DNA of 64,000 nt from contig NC_135904.1 in the NCBI RefSeq assembly GCF_964194155.1, positions 27,838,001 to 27,902,000 of the forward strand. The letters are read 5' to 3'. A model generated the notes under the pieces. That model saw nothing but the letters and a program-made list of their open reading frames with translations. It was not told the DNA's origin and made no database searches. Made by a program: the position numbers and the translations under genes. Below, one piece after another: positions 62,770-64,000 of this stretch (positions within the stretch are counted from its first letter, which is position 1; each line of letters starts with the position of its first letter). This DNA is from Cetorhinus maximus. Lineage: Eukaryota.

Positions 62770-63200
62770 ACTCTGGGTCTATACTCGATGGAGTTTAGAA
62801 GATTGAGGGGGGATCTGATTGAAACTTACAGAATACTGAAAGGCCTGGATAGAGTGGACGTGGGGAAGATGTTTCCATTAGTAGGAGAGACTAGGACCCG
62901 AGGGCACAGCCTCAGAGTAAAGGGAAGACCTTTTAGAACAGAGATGAGGAGAAACTTCTTTAGCCAGAGAGTGGTGAATCTATGGAATTCATTGCCACAG
63001 AAGGCTGTGGAAGCCAGGCCATTGAGTGTATTTAAGACTGAGACAGATAGGTTCTTGATTGGTAAGGGGATCAATGGTTACGGGGAGAAGGCGGGAGAAT
63101 GGGGTTGAGAAACTTATCAGCCATGATTGAATGGCAGAGCAGACTCGATGGGTCGAATGGCCTAATTTCTGCTCCTATGTCATATGGTCTTATGGTCTTA
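62770..63200 (+). mobile_element. Young CR1/HER1 3' fragment
   Basis: Open frame LGLYSMEFRRLRGDLIETYRILKG...WNSLPQKAVEA; tail (tatggtct)n. Confidence 0.95.
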
Positions 63201-64000
63201 CCCGATCCCACCAGCCTGATGGGTGGGTAAAGTTGAAATCAACCCCTATATTTCTACCTAACAGGCTGAGCACTAGATTTCAATCTAATTGCCTGAGATA
63301 TATGTAAACTATAGTGGTATGTTAATAGTTCACTCAGGGAGTCTAAGTTGCTGTGGCAACGTGCATTTTCACATGCATGTTGTAGTCTGGAGTTATGGAT
63401 AGTGATAGGGGCTGCCACTTTCTTTCCATGACATGGCTGACCAGGAATCTCTCTCGCTCTTACCACCTGCCATTAGTCTGTTTTGGAAGGATTTGCAGGT
63501 TGATACTCAGCCATGTATTATGATTGCATCTTTCTCGGCCTGGGATAGGATTTGAATCCAGAGCTTCTAGTTCAGGGGCAAGGACACTACCCATTGTGCC
63601 ACAAGACCTCCAAACATAGTATGTATAGTACATGTAGTAAATATGTTATTCTCTTTTACAGGTAAACAGACTAACTCTCAATATTACAATATTACAGTAA
63701 TTATCATATTCTTTCATGTACTTGGACAAAGGTGGAGACTTTAAAAGTAGGTGTGTTTACAAAGAGTTATCAATATTCATCGAATCACAGGCTCTGATAT
63801 TAGCTTGGAAACAGGGATAGAGCAGTAGGGCTTTGCAGTCGGGATACCTGGAAAGATGGAAACCAGGTAAGCTGGGTCCAACAAGTAAGTGGAAAGAACC
63901 TTAAATGCTGGATCCCGCAGCTCTTGCCTCCCTTTAGCTGGTTGCCCGGAAGGTTCAACTTAAAATGTTTGTTAAATCTGAGGCACATCGCCTCATTAAG

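Overview
Eukaryotic, repeat-rich intronic DNA, most likely from a cartilaginous fish (inferred from HER1/CR1-type LINE tails, SacSINE1/DeuSINE-like SINEs and shark-type Penelope repeats). The window lies inside one host gene on the minus strand, MCTP2 (multiple C2 and transmembrane domain protein 2). Three consecutive coding exons are readable with canonical AG/GT sites at 43479-43598, 36275-36319 and 2812-2921; the flanking exons were not found. The rest is intron filled with decayed and nested mobile elements: a near full-length CR1 LINE, an apparently ORF2-only LINE whose 5' head and 3' tail are shared with a local SINE family, Harbinger/PIF elements and MITEs (one with an intron-containing Myb/SANT gene, one with a transposase remnant), Penelope pieces with hammerhead-like motifs in fold-back arrangement, RTE and L2 fragments, a hAT MITE, a probable solo LTR and a minisatellite. 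Several repeat-free blocks are candidate conserved non-coding elements. Almost all ORFs in the supplied track are spurious or transposon-derived. Repeat boundaries were read by eye and are approximate unless a TSD or TIR is quoted.
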